Below are positions 41,081 to 53,234 of a stretch of 64,000 bases of DNA, one piece after another. Position numbers and translations under genes: made by a program. Each line of letters begins with the position of its first letter. Position 1 is the first letter of the stretch. The DNA is from Eledone cirrhosa (taxonomy: Eukaryota), in assembly GCA_964016885.1 (NCBI GenBank), contig OZ024743.1, positions 16,554,001 to 16,618,000 on the forward strand, written 5' to 3'. The notes under the pieces are model-generated. The model ran no database searches and was not told where the DNA came from. It was given only the letters and a program-made list of their open reading frames with translations.

Positions 41081-43481
41081 ATGGATTATTACAACATAAC
41101 CAATTCAACTAAAGACATTCCTATACCTGGTAAATCTGAATTCACCAAACTTCTTATTGATAAAACTGACTCCTTCGTAAGAAGACTTAGATGGACAGCC
41201 TATTTCCATGACCAGCGCCTAAAAGGGAGCTTCTATACCAAACAACATAACTTCCTCGATCATCTATTTAATTCTAGACGAAATCTTCCTTCCAACAAAA
41301 ATCTAGTACAATTCGAGGAAGAATTAACTAAAATAATAAAAAATCTTAAATTCAAGAGATACCCTTACAAAGGACAAGAGCACCTTGTAAATCTCAAGAA
41401 CACAATTTCTAACCTAAATTCCTTAAAAAATGTTTTAGTCCACTCTGACAAAACCAATAACTTATATGGAATTTCCAAGGATAATTATAACAACCTTATC
41501 CTAAAGGAACTTAGGAAAAAGTATCGTAAAACCAACCATGAACATTTAGAATACATAAACCTTGAAGCCTCTGAGATTATGTCAAAACTTGGCATTGAAA
41601 AAAAGACCGAACCATTCCTCCCAAGAACTCCGAGGATAAATCTCAAGGATCACAAAAACAATTTCGCACTGAACTACCTGTTAGATTAATCGCCCCCTCT
41701 AAATCTGATCTGGGGGTTGTTAGTAAAGCCATCCTGGATAAAAGTATCCCACAGGTTAGTTCTAATTGCTCTTCTTTGAACCTAAATTTATGGTTTGGTA
41801 CTTCTGAAGTGATTGGCTGGTTCAACAAATTGGATAATAAAAACAAACTAAAATTTATTCAATTTGATATTGCCAGCTACTATTCCTCCATTTCGCCTTC
41901 ACTTCTCAATAATGCTCTATCTTTCGCACTTAAATATTCTGACATCACCACAGATGAACTTCACATCATCCTCACCGCACGTAAAACCATCCTAGAGTTC
42001 AACAACGAATATTGGACCAGAGCCGATACCTCTAACTACTTCGACATCTCAATGTGAGCATCCGATTCATCCCAATTGACTTATTTAATTGGTATCTTTA
42101 TTTTGAACTCTTTGAGTCGGAAAATTCCTCAACTTTGCGGTGGAATTTATCGTGACGATGGACTCTTTACTATCTTAAATTGCAATATAGTTAACCTTAA
42201 TATTATTAAGAACAATATACGTAATCTCTTTAACCAACATTACCTAAAAATTGAATTTGATAATAGTATCAAACTAGCTAATTTCTTGGATGTATCTCTT
42301 AATCTTGACACTGGCCTATATTACCCTTACCATAAAACAATGAGAACCTAAATTATATTAACTTTAAATCTAACCATCCTACCAATATCAAGAATGCTAT
42401 AGTTAGTAATATTGGAAAAAGAATATCTAACATATCTTCTAATAAAAACATCTTTGATGCTAACGCCAATTACTATAATAACGCACTTTCTAAAGCCGGT
42501 TATCCAGATAAAATCAAATATAGTAAAGAAACAAATTCTAGAAAAATTTACAGTAGAATAATTAATCATGATCATTCCAATAATTTTAATAAAAGACCTA
42601 GATACAAAAACATAATCTGGTATAATGCTCCTTTCTCCATCTCTATTAATAACAATATTCCTAAATTATTCTTCAGTGCCTTAAATAAATGCTTCCCTCC
42701 CTCACATATCTATAGTAAAATATTTAACAAACACACCATCACATTTTCTTATTCTACATCCTCCAATATTTCCAACATTATCTCTAAACACAACAATAAA
42801 ATACTAAATACTAAATCTCTTCCTTCCAACATTGAATTTCATAATAACAGTAATAGTACTCCCGACGTCATTGTAAACCCTAGGCTAACTTCTGTAAACC
42901 CAAATACAACGTCAAACACAACTTCGCTAAATGTTCATAATCCAACTCTAAATCAAGAATCTATTATTCCTATTATTCCTATCGCAAACAACTTCTCCAA
43001 TCCAATTCCTTCTATAGATAACACTAGGTCACTCATTAATAATCTCTCTAATTGCAACTGCCGCATTAAAAATAAATGGCCTCTCAACAACCATTGTCTT
43101 GATAAAAACTTAATTTATGAATGTAAAGTTATAACTAGCACGAATTCCCTCACCTATTTTGGCTCCACTTCCACCTCTTTTAAAGCTCGTCTCTATAATC
43201 ATCATTCATCTTTTAAATACAAACTTAAAAGAACCAACACGGCTCTCTCAAAACTCATATGGTCCTTGAAAGACAAAAACATTAAATATATCATCTTTTG
43301 GAAGAAGGTTTCTTCTGCGTCCACATACTTGAACAGCTCTCTATCTAAAATCTGTAATCTCTGCCTAAATGAAAAATTTACCATTATCTCTAATCTAGAT
43401 TCTATAATAAATAGACGTACAGATTTGTTTTCTATCTGCCTGCATAAATTCCATAGGACCTTTCACAAAGTATACAGCTAA
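41081..43481 (+). pseudogene. PLE RT-GIY-YIG polyprotein (~800 codons, few disablements)
   Basis: STKDIPIP..RRLRWTAYF, SDKTNNLY, LKDHK, QFDIASYYSSI, GGIYRDDGL, NFLDVSLNL, CNCR...LIYEC...YFGST, CNLCLNEK, CLHK. Frameshifts near 41680 and 42340, stop at 42055. Confidence 0.9.
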
Positions 43482-44147
43482 TATTCAATTCTTTATCAAT
43501 TTAGAATCTTTTCTCAAAGGCATACACCTCTTTAAAATATACCCATTCTTCCTACCTTACTTCAAAGGGCATTATACACTCTATAATACTTGTTTACTCA
43601 TTACCCTCACCCTATCTTCACCTTATAAAATCCTTCATAACATATACATTTGTTTTTTTGACGTTAGAATATTCATCCGCAATTATTATTATTTTTTCTC
43701 TCCATCATCAAACTTTTCAATCTCAATACATTAACTCCCTCTCCTCATTTTTTTGACGCTAGAATATTCATCCTTAATAATATATTTTTTTCTTCCCATC
43801 AACTAACACATTCTTAATACATATTAACTCTTTCTTCGCACAAATTATCAATTCCTTCAATATAAAAACCTTAACATCACATTATTTTTCTCAAATCATC
43901 TAATACACACAAACCTTAGTAATTTTAATACATATTAACTCTTTCTTCGCACATATTATCAATTCCTTCAATATACAAACTTTAACTTCTACACACAAAC
44001 CTTAATAATTTTTTTCTCTTCGTCAATTTTGAAATTGCCATAATACTTATAAACATACACCTTTTGACGTTAGAATATTCATCCGCAATTATTATTTTTT
44101 CTCTCTATCTTCAAACTTTTTAATATCAATACATATCAACTCTCTTT

Positions 44148-44570
44148 CCCTTCGTTAATTTTCAAATTCTTTTAATTCATACATTATCTTCCAACGGTTC
44201 TCAACCTCTCTATGTAAAACAATATATCTTTTCTCAGTTATAAAAACTATCTCTTTCTCTCTATCACCCATCTCTCCCTCTCCACCTTCACTCTCATCTC
44301 CTTCCCTTTTTTCATCCTTTCCACCCACTCCTCTCTAAATAAAATATTTTTTCCTCGTACATATTTTTCCCTTCGTTAATTTTCAAATTCTTTTAATTTA
44401 TACATTATCTTCCAACGGTTTTCAAGCTCTCTATGTAAAACAATATATCTTCTCTCAGTTATAAAAACTATCTCTTTCTCTCTATCACCCATCTCTCCCT
44501 CTCCACCTTCACTCTCATCTCCTCCCCTTTTTTCATCCCCCCCCCCACTCTAAATAAAATATTTTTTCCC
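44148..44570 (+). repeat. Tandem duplication (~240-bp period) in the PLE 3' region
   Basis: 44148-44355 recurs at 44388-44570. Shorter repeats occur at 43655-44140. Confidence 0.85.
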
Positions 44571-44662
44571 AATATCACACATCAATCTAAAACTACTTTT
44601 CATATGTTGATTTAAAACTGCACTATCCACAAGTGTTTTTTAGCCTTCATATCATGTTCTCC

Positions 44663-44733
44663 TGTTTTATCTGATGAAAACACAAATATTATTGCATGAT
44701 GATGTTTGCTTTTGAAATGCGCATAATAAAATA
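44663..44733 (+). ncRNA. Minimal type-I hammerhead ribozyme, canonical core
   Basis: gttttat-CTGATGA-aaa.caaatattatt-gcat-gatgatgtttg.tttt-GAAAT-GCGC-ATA-ataaaat. Confidence 0.85.
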
Positions 44734-44763
44734 CATGGAACTCCTTTAACTATCTTTTGATCT

Positions 44764-44814
<51 letters not shown>

Positions 44815-44818
<4 letters not shown>

Positions 44819-44939
44819 GTAATAATAATAAATTTGAAGACTAAAATCCAAAGAGGGCTCGATAAGGATGAATATATATCAAATATGTACGAACCGTAGA
44901 GCAAATATTTATTAAAATAACAATCTGTTATTTTAATAA

Positions 44940-44943
<4 letters not shown>
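44815..44943. mobile_element. Shortest fold-back of the 52510-56015 terminus family (18-bp arms plus tail)
   Basis: Tail matches 52510-52604, then atatttattaaaataaca-atc-tgttattttaataaatat. Confidence 0.75.
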
Positions 44944-44970
<27 letters not shown>

Positions 44971-45129
44971 TAGGAAAGAGGATTTGCTTCGAAATCACGA
45001 GACGTATCTGAAGAACTTGCGAATCCAGAGTCAGAGAACATTTTGCAATTTTCAACTGTGAAAATTGCAAACTTGACTGTCACCACAGAATTTGAACCTG
45101 AAGATTGTGAAAGCATGAAAGTATTTGTT

Positions 45130-45542
<413 letters not shown>

Positions 45543-45595
45543 CATATATACTGACGAAACATAAGTCAATTGCATGAACTCATAATCCTTTATTT

Positions 45596-45651
45596 ACTGC
45601 TATATATATTTCGATGATAGCCATTGAATGGCTATGACCTCATCAGGCAGT
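45596..45651 (-). ncRNA. Minimal type-I hammerhead ribozyme, canonical core
   Basis: Minus strand: actgc-CTGATGA-ggt.atagccatt-c-aatggctat.atc-GAAAT-ATAT-ATA-gcagt. Confidence 0.85.
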
Positions 45652-45692
45652 TAGTCAGTTCTTAGAGATGGAGCTCTGTGTTTATAGTGTTG

Positions 45693-45864
45693 ATGGTAGA
45701 GGTAAACCACGAAAAACATGGGCGGAGGTGGTGAGAACAGACCTCAGATCATTGAAGCTCACGGTGGAGATGACGAGGGACCGTGACGAGTGGAAAGATG
45801 CTGTGCTGAATAAGACCCATCCCACCCTTGCAAGCAGGGAAAAGCGGACGTAAAATGATGATGA

Positions 45865-45868
<4 letters not shown>
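45693..45868 (+). mobile_element. RTE-clade LINE 3' end
   Basis: [37 protein letters not shown] followed by a (GAT)n tail. Confidence 0.8.
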
Positions 45869-45902
<34 letters not shown>

Positions 45903-45903
45903 T

Positions 45904-46204
<301 letters not shown>

Positions 46205-46248
46205 TGACGAAACATAAGTCAATTGCATGAACTCATAATCCTTTATTT

Positions 46249-46304
46249 ACTGCTATATATATTTCGATGATAGCCATTGAATTGCTATGACCTCATCAGG
46301 CAGT
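46249..46304 (-). ncRNA. Minimal type-I hammerhead ribozyme (second copy of 45596-45651)
   Basis: Within a ~150-bp direct repeat (45549-45698 and 46202-46351). One stem II difference. Confidence 0.83.
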
Positions 46305-47083
46305 TAGTCAGTTCATAGAGATGCAGCTCTGTGTTTATAGTGTTGATGGTATCAGAGCCTTGGGACATATGAGCTTTTTTAGTAATAATTTAATGTTGTC
46401 AGCAGGAATAGTCTTGATTCTCATTGGCCAGTTTATAGATGGTAGTAGGGTTGGTATTTGACCTCAAAGAGGCAGGTGGTGTTGTAAAGTTCAAACTGTT
46501 AGGCAAGATGATAATAGTTCCATATGACTGATTTTCACAAAAGGCATTCCTGGTCAGATATATATTCAATTAAGGTTAATAGTATGAAATAGATACTACA
46601 GGTCATTCTTAAATTGAGGAATTTATGTGGAGTGGCGCTACTGAAATTTATGGTTGGAGTAGAAAATTTACAAATAAAAAGACTTATGTAGGTTGGCTTG
46701 CACTACACTTACACCCACCTCCACAGACACACACACACATCCACACATACAAAATGTGGGGTGGTAATACTTAATATAATAGTTAGAGTCCAATACTTAA
46801 ATAGTTTAGAAAATTTAGAAATAAAAGATTTATGCTGGTTCGCTTCTACATACCACTCACACCTACCCTCTCAAACATTCAGGCATCTACACACACAAAT
46901 CCATACAGGTGTGTATATATACATATGTATGCATGCCCGTACGCACAAGTATACGTATATATATATATAAAATATATATATATTCACAGAATATACATAT
47001 ATATAAAATCTATACATACAAAAATATAAAAAATATATATATTCATAAAATACACACATACACAATATACATAGACACATAAA

Positions 47084-47131
<48 letters not shown>

Positions 47132-47498
47132 CATACACATACACATACATATAAAATATATACATACACATACATACATATAAAATACACATATATACAC
47201 ATATAAAATATATATACATATACACATATATAAAATCAGGTTCAATAAAACGTGGTTTAGATGACTCCTAACCGGTAGAGGATGCTGTGGACCATACACC
47301 ATAGGGACCACAAACTATGGGTGGTTGTTGTTGCCCATTGGTCATTGGTACGGGGTGTAGGGGACCTACAGGGGGTGGGGTCTTGTGGGAGGCCGTAACC
47401 GGAACAAATATCTTCGTTGAGTGGTACCTATCCACATACTGAAGTACTGGATTTTACCAACACTTACTTCCTTGCTTATATATATACATATATATATA

Positions 47499-47594
<96 letters not shown>

Positions 47595-48064
47595 CACGCG
47601 GGTGTGTATGACTGTGTATAGAAGGTTATATTAATACAATTAATTCCAAATTTGTCTCATTTGCTCGTTTTATTTACAATCCTTTAACATTTTTAACGGT
47701 ATTAGAATGAAATAGTATGGTAGAATATTAAATGTTAAGTGTTAAATGTTGTGCCTTATATACTGTGAAAGTGGCTCCAGAATGCTAAATCTTGAAAACT
47801 GTATTTCGACCAATCGGTGTGTAGTTTCACTGGATTACTAAAGCTGATTGGTTGAGGCGTCACGGTTGGTTGAGCATGTCTAACGGCTACTAATTGACCC
47901 TAACCAAAGCATAAATTGTTTTGCTATTTTTAGAAATGATGAAACTAGCATTTTCTTGTAATCATCACCATCAACATCACTTTTATTATTATTATTATTG
48001 TTGTTGTTGTTGTTGTTAGTGGTCGTATTCATAGTCATAGTAAAAGACACCATTATTATTGTTC

Positions 48065-50300
48065 ATTTAGTTTGGATTTGAATTTATCAATAAAATTATT
48101 TTCTTTGATTTTTCTCTTGATTTCACTTGGACTGTGTAATTTGTAGAATGGGAATATTATAAATATTCGCTAACGATATGTTGCTAGATGGTTACTTAGG
48201 GGTATCTGACGGACATGTGGGTCTCTGATTTGCTGTCGCTGTACCCGTGCACCTTCCGATAGTGGATTTCCAGTTTGACCGACATATCGTTCTTCACAAT
48301 TCGGGCATTTAATGCAGTAAATTAGATTTCTGGTTTTGCAGTTCATAATATGCATTTGGGAATATTTTCCCAGTTTTTGTGTTCATATATTGACCGCTGT
48401 GTATGGATTGACATGTGCTATATCGACTATCATTGCATTTAGATAAGAGTGAATGATTGGTCTTTGTTGTTAAGGTCAAACTTTGCCTTTGTTAGTAATT
48501 GCTTCAAATTTTTCGGCTGTCTTTTCCTAAGAGTCAAAGATCGTTCTGTGATTAAGCCTTTTAATTCATTACTTTGTGCAATGATCGGTAGGTTTTCTTT
48601 GGCTGTGTTGAAGATATTCTGGTGACATCAGTTGTGTGTCATTTTAAATAGTATGACCAGTTCTTGGTTTCCTCTTCCTTGGGTTGTCCTAAGTTGTTGT
48701 ATAGATATTTTTATAGCCCACTGTATGCCATTTTCTATAAGTAGAGATGGGTATTTTTGTTTGAGCAAACATTCTCTTAGTTCTGTTAGGCGTTTGTACC
48801 TTGTATTCGTATCTTCTACAATGGTACACATTCTTCTGGCTAGGCAGTATGGGATGCTGTGTTTTGTGTGAGGTGGATGGCACGACTTAAAATTCAGATA
48901 TTGATGGGTGTTTGTGTGTTTATAATATATATCCGTGGTAATGGTGGTGTCGTTTTTGATTATCATTATATGTAGGAATTGGAATTTGGTACTACTCATC
49001 TATTTTGTGAATTGGAGAGATGGGTCTAGGTTAATCAGGAGGATATTGAACTCATCCAAAGTATCTAGAGGTTCTGTTCAGATGATGAAACAGTCGTCAA
49101 GGTATCTCTTCCAAGATTTTTCAATGTACGTTCTAAAGTCAGTGCTATATTTTTCCTCTATTTCTTGGTAGAGTTGTTGTTCTAAGTATCCCATTACAGA
49201 GTTAACGTAAACGGGAGAAAATTTCGTTCCCATCGCTGTGCCTCTAATTTGGATGTAATTCTTTCCATTGAAGAAGAAAGTGTTGTTTTCCAGAATAAGT
49301 TTAACTGCGTCTACTATATATGGCGCTGTGAATCTGATGGGAATCACTTCTCTATGTTTTTCCACCCAGTATTTAACCGCCTTTATTCCTAAATCATGTG
49401 TAATTTTGGTGTAAAGGCTTACCACATCAAATCTAAGTAGAAGTGAATTCGTTTCCGTGGTTTTAGCAGATGGGACAGGAAGTCGATATCATCCCGGATG
49501 AAACTGGGTATGTGAAGAAATAGGGTTTCAAAATGATCTCAAAAAAATTGCTTAGACGTTGGGTGGGCATGTTGGACAAGCTATAATAGATCTAAGTGTT
49601 AAGTCTTTTGGGTGTAGTAATTTAATGTACTCACTGTTTTGTTCTTTTACTGCCAGTTGTATTTCTTTTGATTATGAACTTTCGGTAGGCCATACAGGTT
49701 GCTGGGTTTTGGCTCAAAATTGGTGATGTAGTCTCTTTCCTTATCAGTTAGTTAGTTGTGGTATTTTGAAGCCAGGTTGTAGAGCTCCTTCATGATGTTG
49801 TGGTCTATATTTGACGGTATTTCATGATAGAATGTTGTGTCTTTCAGTTGTTCCTCAACCAAATCTTTTTAGTATTCAGCATCCATTATAACAACTGCAC
49901 CCCCTTTATCTGCTTGTTTAATTATTATTGTTTTATCATTTTGTATACGTTTAACTGCAGACATTTCTGATTTGTTAATGTTTGGCCTAACATTAGTATT
50001 ACGTCTAAGAGGAAATTTAGACAGGATGTCAATGTATTGGTCGAGATAGATATTTCTTCCTTTTGGCGGAATGAAATTTGATTTATTCTTTACAAGTGAT
50101 TCATCACTCTCATTACTTTTATCAGCGAAGAATTCTACAAGACGTAATTTTCGACAGAATTCTTGGGTATCCTCCTTCAGTTCTTGGTGTTTGATTGTTG
50201 GAGTCGGTGTGAATTTCAGTCCTTTTGACAGAATTTGCATTTCATCGTTGTCAAGATCTCGTTTGGATAAATTAATTATTTTAGGATCTACGTGTACCGT
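48065..50300 (-). pseudogene. PLE RT-GIY-YIG pseudogene
   Basis: ORFs 49869-50240, 49078-49425, 48628-48999 and 48170-48355. Confidence 0.88.
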
Positions 50301-50741
50301 GGTTTTGGGTATGTTTCCTCTTGGAGTTTTTCTTTTCCTGACGTTAAAAAATGGATTTTTCTCTGTTCAGGATTTATATTCCTGTTGGTGTTTGCTTGAT
50401 GAACTTTTTGCCGTGATATTATATTTGGTTTTGTTATGTATTTTGTCCTATTTTCGTTATGTATTTTGTCCTAGTTTTCCATTTCTTGTTATCATTATTT
50501 TTAACAATCTGGGGAATTGACCTATGTTTGCTTTCAGGTTTAGATTGTTTTTTCGCCCAGTTTCTTGTGGGTAATCTCTGTTGAGATCTTGAGAGTGATC
50601 TGGTTATTCTAGGTTTTTTGCCCGGTTGTTGTGGGTAGTCTCTGTTGAGATCTTGAGAATGATCTCCTGGTTTTACTACTTCTCATGGTCTGGTCAAAGC
50701 AATATCTATCGTGTTTGTGCTTTTTGTACATGTTGTGTGCG

Positions 50742-51626
50742 TTAGGGTGTTTTTGTAGAAAAAATCGACGAATGTTTACCGTAGTTCTTCTTTGATTCAA
50801 GGTAAGGTGAGTGTTTGTGTTGGCACGTGTTCTGGCGTATGTTGTGTTGATGAGATTGTCCACTTTTAATGCTTTTTCTCAGGGTACCAGAGTCTTTACC
50901 ATGATTTGCAGCATATTCGTCGAGAAATAATTGTTTCTGCTGCCATACCTTTCTTGATTTGTTTTCTTCTTTTGAGATATCTCTGATCCATAGTTCTCGT
51001 AGTTTTTCAGCTATAATACCAGTCGTTAGCTTTGAAATTTCAACTTCAATTTGGTCATCGATAGCTTCATATTTGGCTTTGTAGCGGGATTGTTTACATT
51101 GAGAAATGGAGATGTCGGTCCTGAATATTGTCGATGTAAGTTCCCATCGGAGTTTTGTTTCTTCTTTTGGTTCTCCTGCAATTTCTGTAATCAGGTATTT
51201 ACGAGGAAGTATGGGTGCCGTTAGAGAGAACCATTTCGAATGTGTTTCGACATATTTTTCGCATTTGTATGCTTTCCAGAAGTTTTGTTTTCTTATGTAA
51301 AGACATTTTTTCCATGTCTTCCATATTTCTTTTCTTATTCGATGTGTTTTGTTTTCCAAATTTCTATCGTTTAGTTCTGACATCCAAGGGGGTTGTGGTA
51401 GGCTTTCTCTTGTATCTTTGATAACTGTTGGTATAATTTCAGCTAAATTCTTAATTTCAGAGTTTATATGTTCCGTTATAAGTTTTCCGTCTGTAGATTG
51501 TTTTTCTATTTCCTTTAAAATAGAGGATTGTGTGTCAATCATAGTGATAAGTGTTGATAATTTCGATGATATATCCTTTAGAATTCTTTCTGATTCTGTT
51601 GATTTCATTTGTTGCTTTCCAGACAT
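50742..51626 (-). CDS. Uninterrupted upstream ORF (~294 aa, helical/coiled-coil-like) inside the Neptune-like PLE
   Basis: MSGKQQMKSTESERILKDISSKL... begins just inside the 5' pLTR on the RT strand. Non-repetitive, rich in K/E/I/L with conserved-looking W residues. Confidence 0.55.
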   Translation of the reverse strand: MSGKQQMKSTESERILKDISSKLSTLITMIDTQSSILKEIEKQSTDGKLITEHINSEIKNLAEIIPTVIKDTRESLPQPPWMSELNDRNLENKTHRIRKEIWKTWKKCLYIRKQNFWKAYKCEKYVETHSKWFSLTAPILPRKYLITEIAGEPKEETKLRWELTSTIFRTDISISQCKQSRYKAKYEAIDDQIEVEISKLTTGIIAEKLRELWIRDISKEENKSRKVWQQKQLFLDEYAANHGKDSGTLRKSIKSGQSHQHNIRQNTCQHKHSPYLESKKNYGKHSSIFSTKTP

Positions 51627-51837
51627 GTTGGCATATACACAATAGGAATATATATATATATAGAGATAAATATACACGGATGTGTATGATTGTGTATAGA
51701 AGATTATATTAATAAAATGAATTCCAAATTTGTATCATTTGCTCGTTTTATTTACAATCTTTTAAAATTTATAATGGTATTAGAATTAAATAGTATGGTA
51801 GAATATTAAATGTTAAGTGTTAATTGATATATATATA

Positions 51838-51881
<44 letters not shown>

Positions 51882-51980
51882 GTATATATCTATATACATA
51901 TAATATATTTATAGATATATACATATGATATATAAATATATATATATATAAATATCAATATATATATATAAATATATATA

Positions 51981-52488
51981 TTAGAAAATATATAGCTTTC
52001 ACCGTATTTTTGACTAAAGGAATTTTAGCTTGATAACGGGGATTAGAACCCTCAGATAAATAGAAAAAGATGAGTATTGATGTACATGGGAGTCGAACCA
52101 ACAACTGTGGTTATCGCGACCACTGTGCTACCATTACATCAACCCATCACCCAACTCTTTCCATTCAAATTAGAAACTACATTCTTAGCGAGTTTAAATG
52201 GCAAGTAAGTATATTTTGAAACAGTGAGCGAGTTTGAAATTAGAAAATATATAGCTTTCACCGTATTTTTTAGTAAAGGAATTTTAGCTTGATAACGGGG
52301 TAGCACAGTGGTCGCGATAACCTCAGATGTGGGTTCAACTCCCATGTACGTCAATACTCATCTTTTTCCATTTATCTGAGGGTTCTAAACCCCGTTATCA
52401 AGCTAAAATTCCTTTAGTAAAAAATACGGTGAAAGCTATATATTTTCTAATTTCAAATTCGCTCACTGTTTCAAAACATACTTACTTG
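51981..52488. mobile_element. tRNA-headed short element in tandem plus inverted arrangement
   Basis: Minus copy 51981-52148, partial minus copy 52203-52300 and plus copy 52299-52488. Bounded by (AT)n. Confidence 0.75.
52078..52148 (-). pseudogene. tRNA-like sequence (71 nt)
   Basis: A-box-like TGATGTAATGG, anticodon-like arm gtggt-cgcgata-accac, T loop TTCGACT, imperfect acceptor stem, T5 run ~10 nt downstream. Confidence 0.6.
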
Positions 52489-52509
52489 ATATATATATAT
52501 ATATATATA

Positions 52510-53203
52510 GTAATAATAGTAATAATAATAAATTTGAAGACTAAAATCCAAGGAGGGCTCGATAAGGATAAATATATATCAAATATATAAGAAACGTAGA
52601 GCAAATATTTATTAAAATAACAGATTTACGTTTAAGCAAAGAATCGCTGCTTTCACCCTTAACGGGATCTTGTGAAACTAACAAAGTCAATCTGTGAACG
52701 CAGAAGTGTATATTTCAAAAAACGTTGCAACCGGAGGAAGACAGGAAGACGATACTTTGGTTCGTGGAATCGTTCCTTGGCAAAGAACCGGAAAAAAACG
52801 AACATAATACATCATTAATAGGAGCGGAGAAAAACAATTACGCGCAAAGATAGAACCACGTTTATGGTATGAAAGAAGTCGTAGACTAATCTTCTCTTAG
52901 GTGGTTCATAGAGACGTTTTCTGGCAATGAACGGAAAAAGCGAAGATAATACGTCATATGTGGAGCGTGGAGCACACTTTCACGCAAAGACAAAACCACG
53001 TAAATGGTAGAGATGAAGTCGTAGACTAAATTTATAACTAGGAAACCGAATGAATCTCCGTTTCAGAGTTAAGAATAAAGTAAATACAATACAATACAGA
53101 GGTAAAAGAAATTAAATAAAAACTTACACGCACGCAAATACGTACATACACAAGCATACGCGAAAACACTTTCCATAGGTATACAAAACCACGCACATAT
53201 AAA

Positions 53204-53234
<31 letters not shown>

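Larger units (their letters stand above)
40911..44771 (+). mobile_element. Essentially full-length PLE (YRDD/CNC-CPL type) with long repetitive 3' region and terminal HHR
   Basis: Coding region from ATG 41081 to 43481. 17-bp terminal inverted match ataatataagatcaaaa (41001) / ttttgatcttatattat (44755). Both ends in (AT)n. Confidence 0.9.
47593..51823 (-). mobile_element. Near full-length Neptune-like PLE with ~150-bp direct pseudo-LTRs
   Basis: Direct repeats 47593-47745 and 51672-51823. LSKGLKFTPTP, ADKGGAVVIMD, DVVSLYT, GTAMGT, WKRYLDDCF, YYK.TN.HQYLNFKSCHP, Cys linker, NLIYCIKCPNCEERYVGQT. Confidence 0.9.

Noticed and set aside
42052-42060. In-frame TGA in a PLE RT as possible selenocysteine
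   Set aside because: It replaces the conserved Gly of MGA.D (GGA to TGA), not a Cys, and the copy also has frameshifts.
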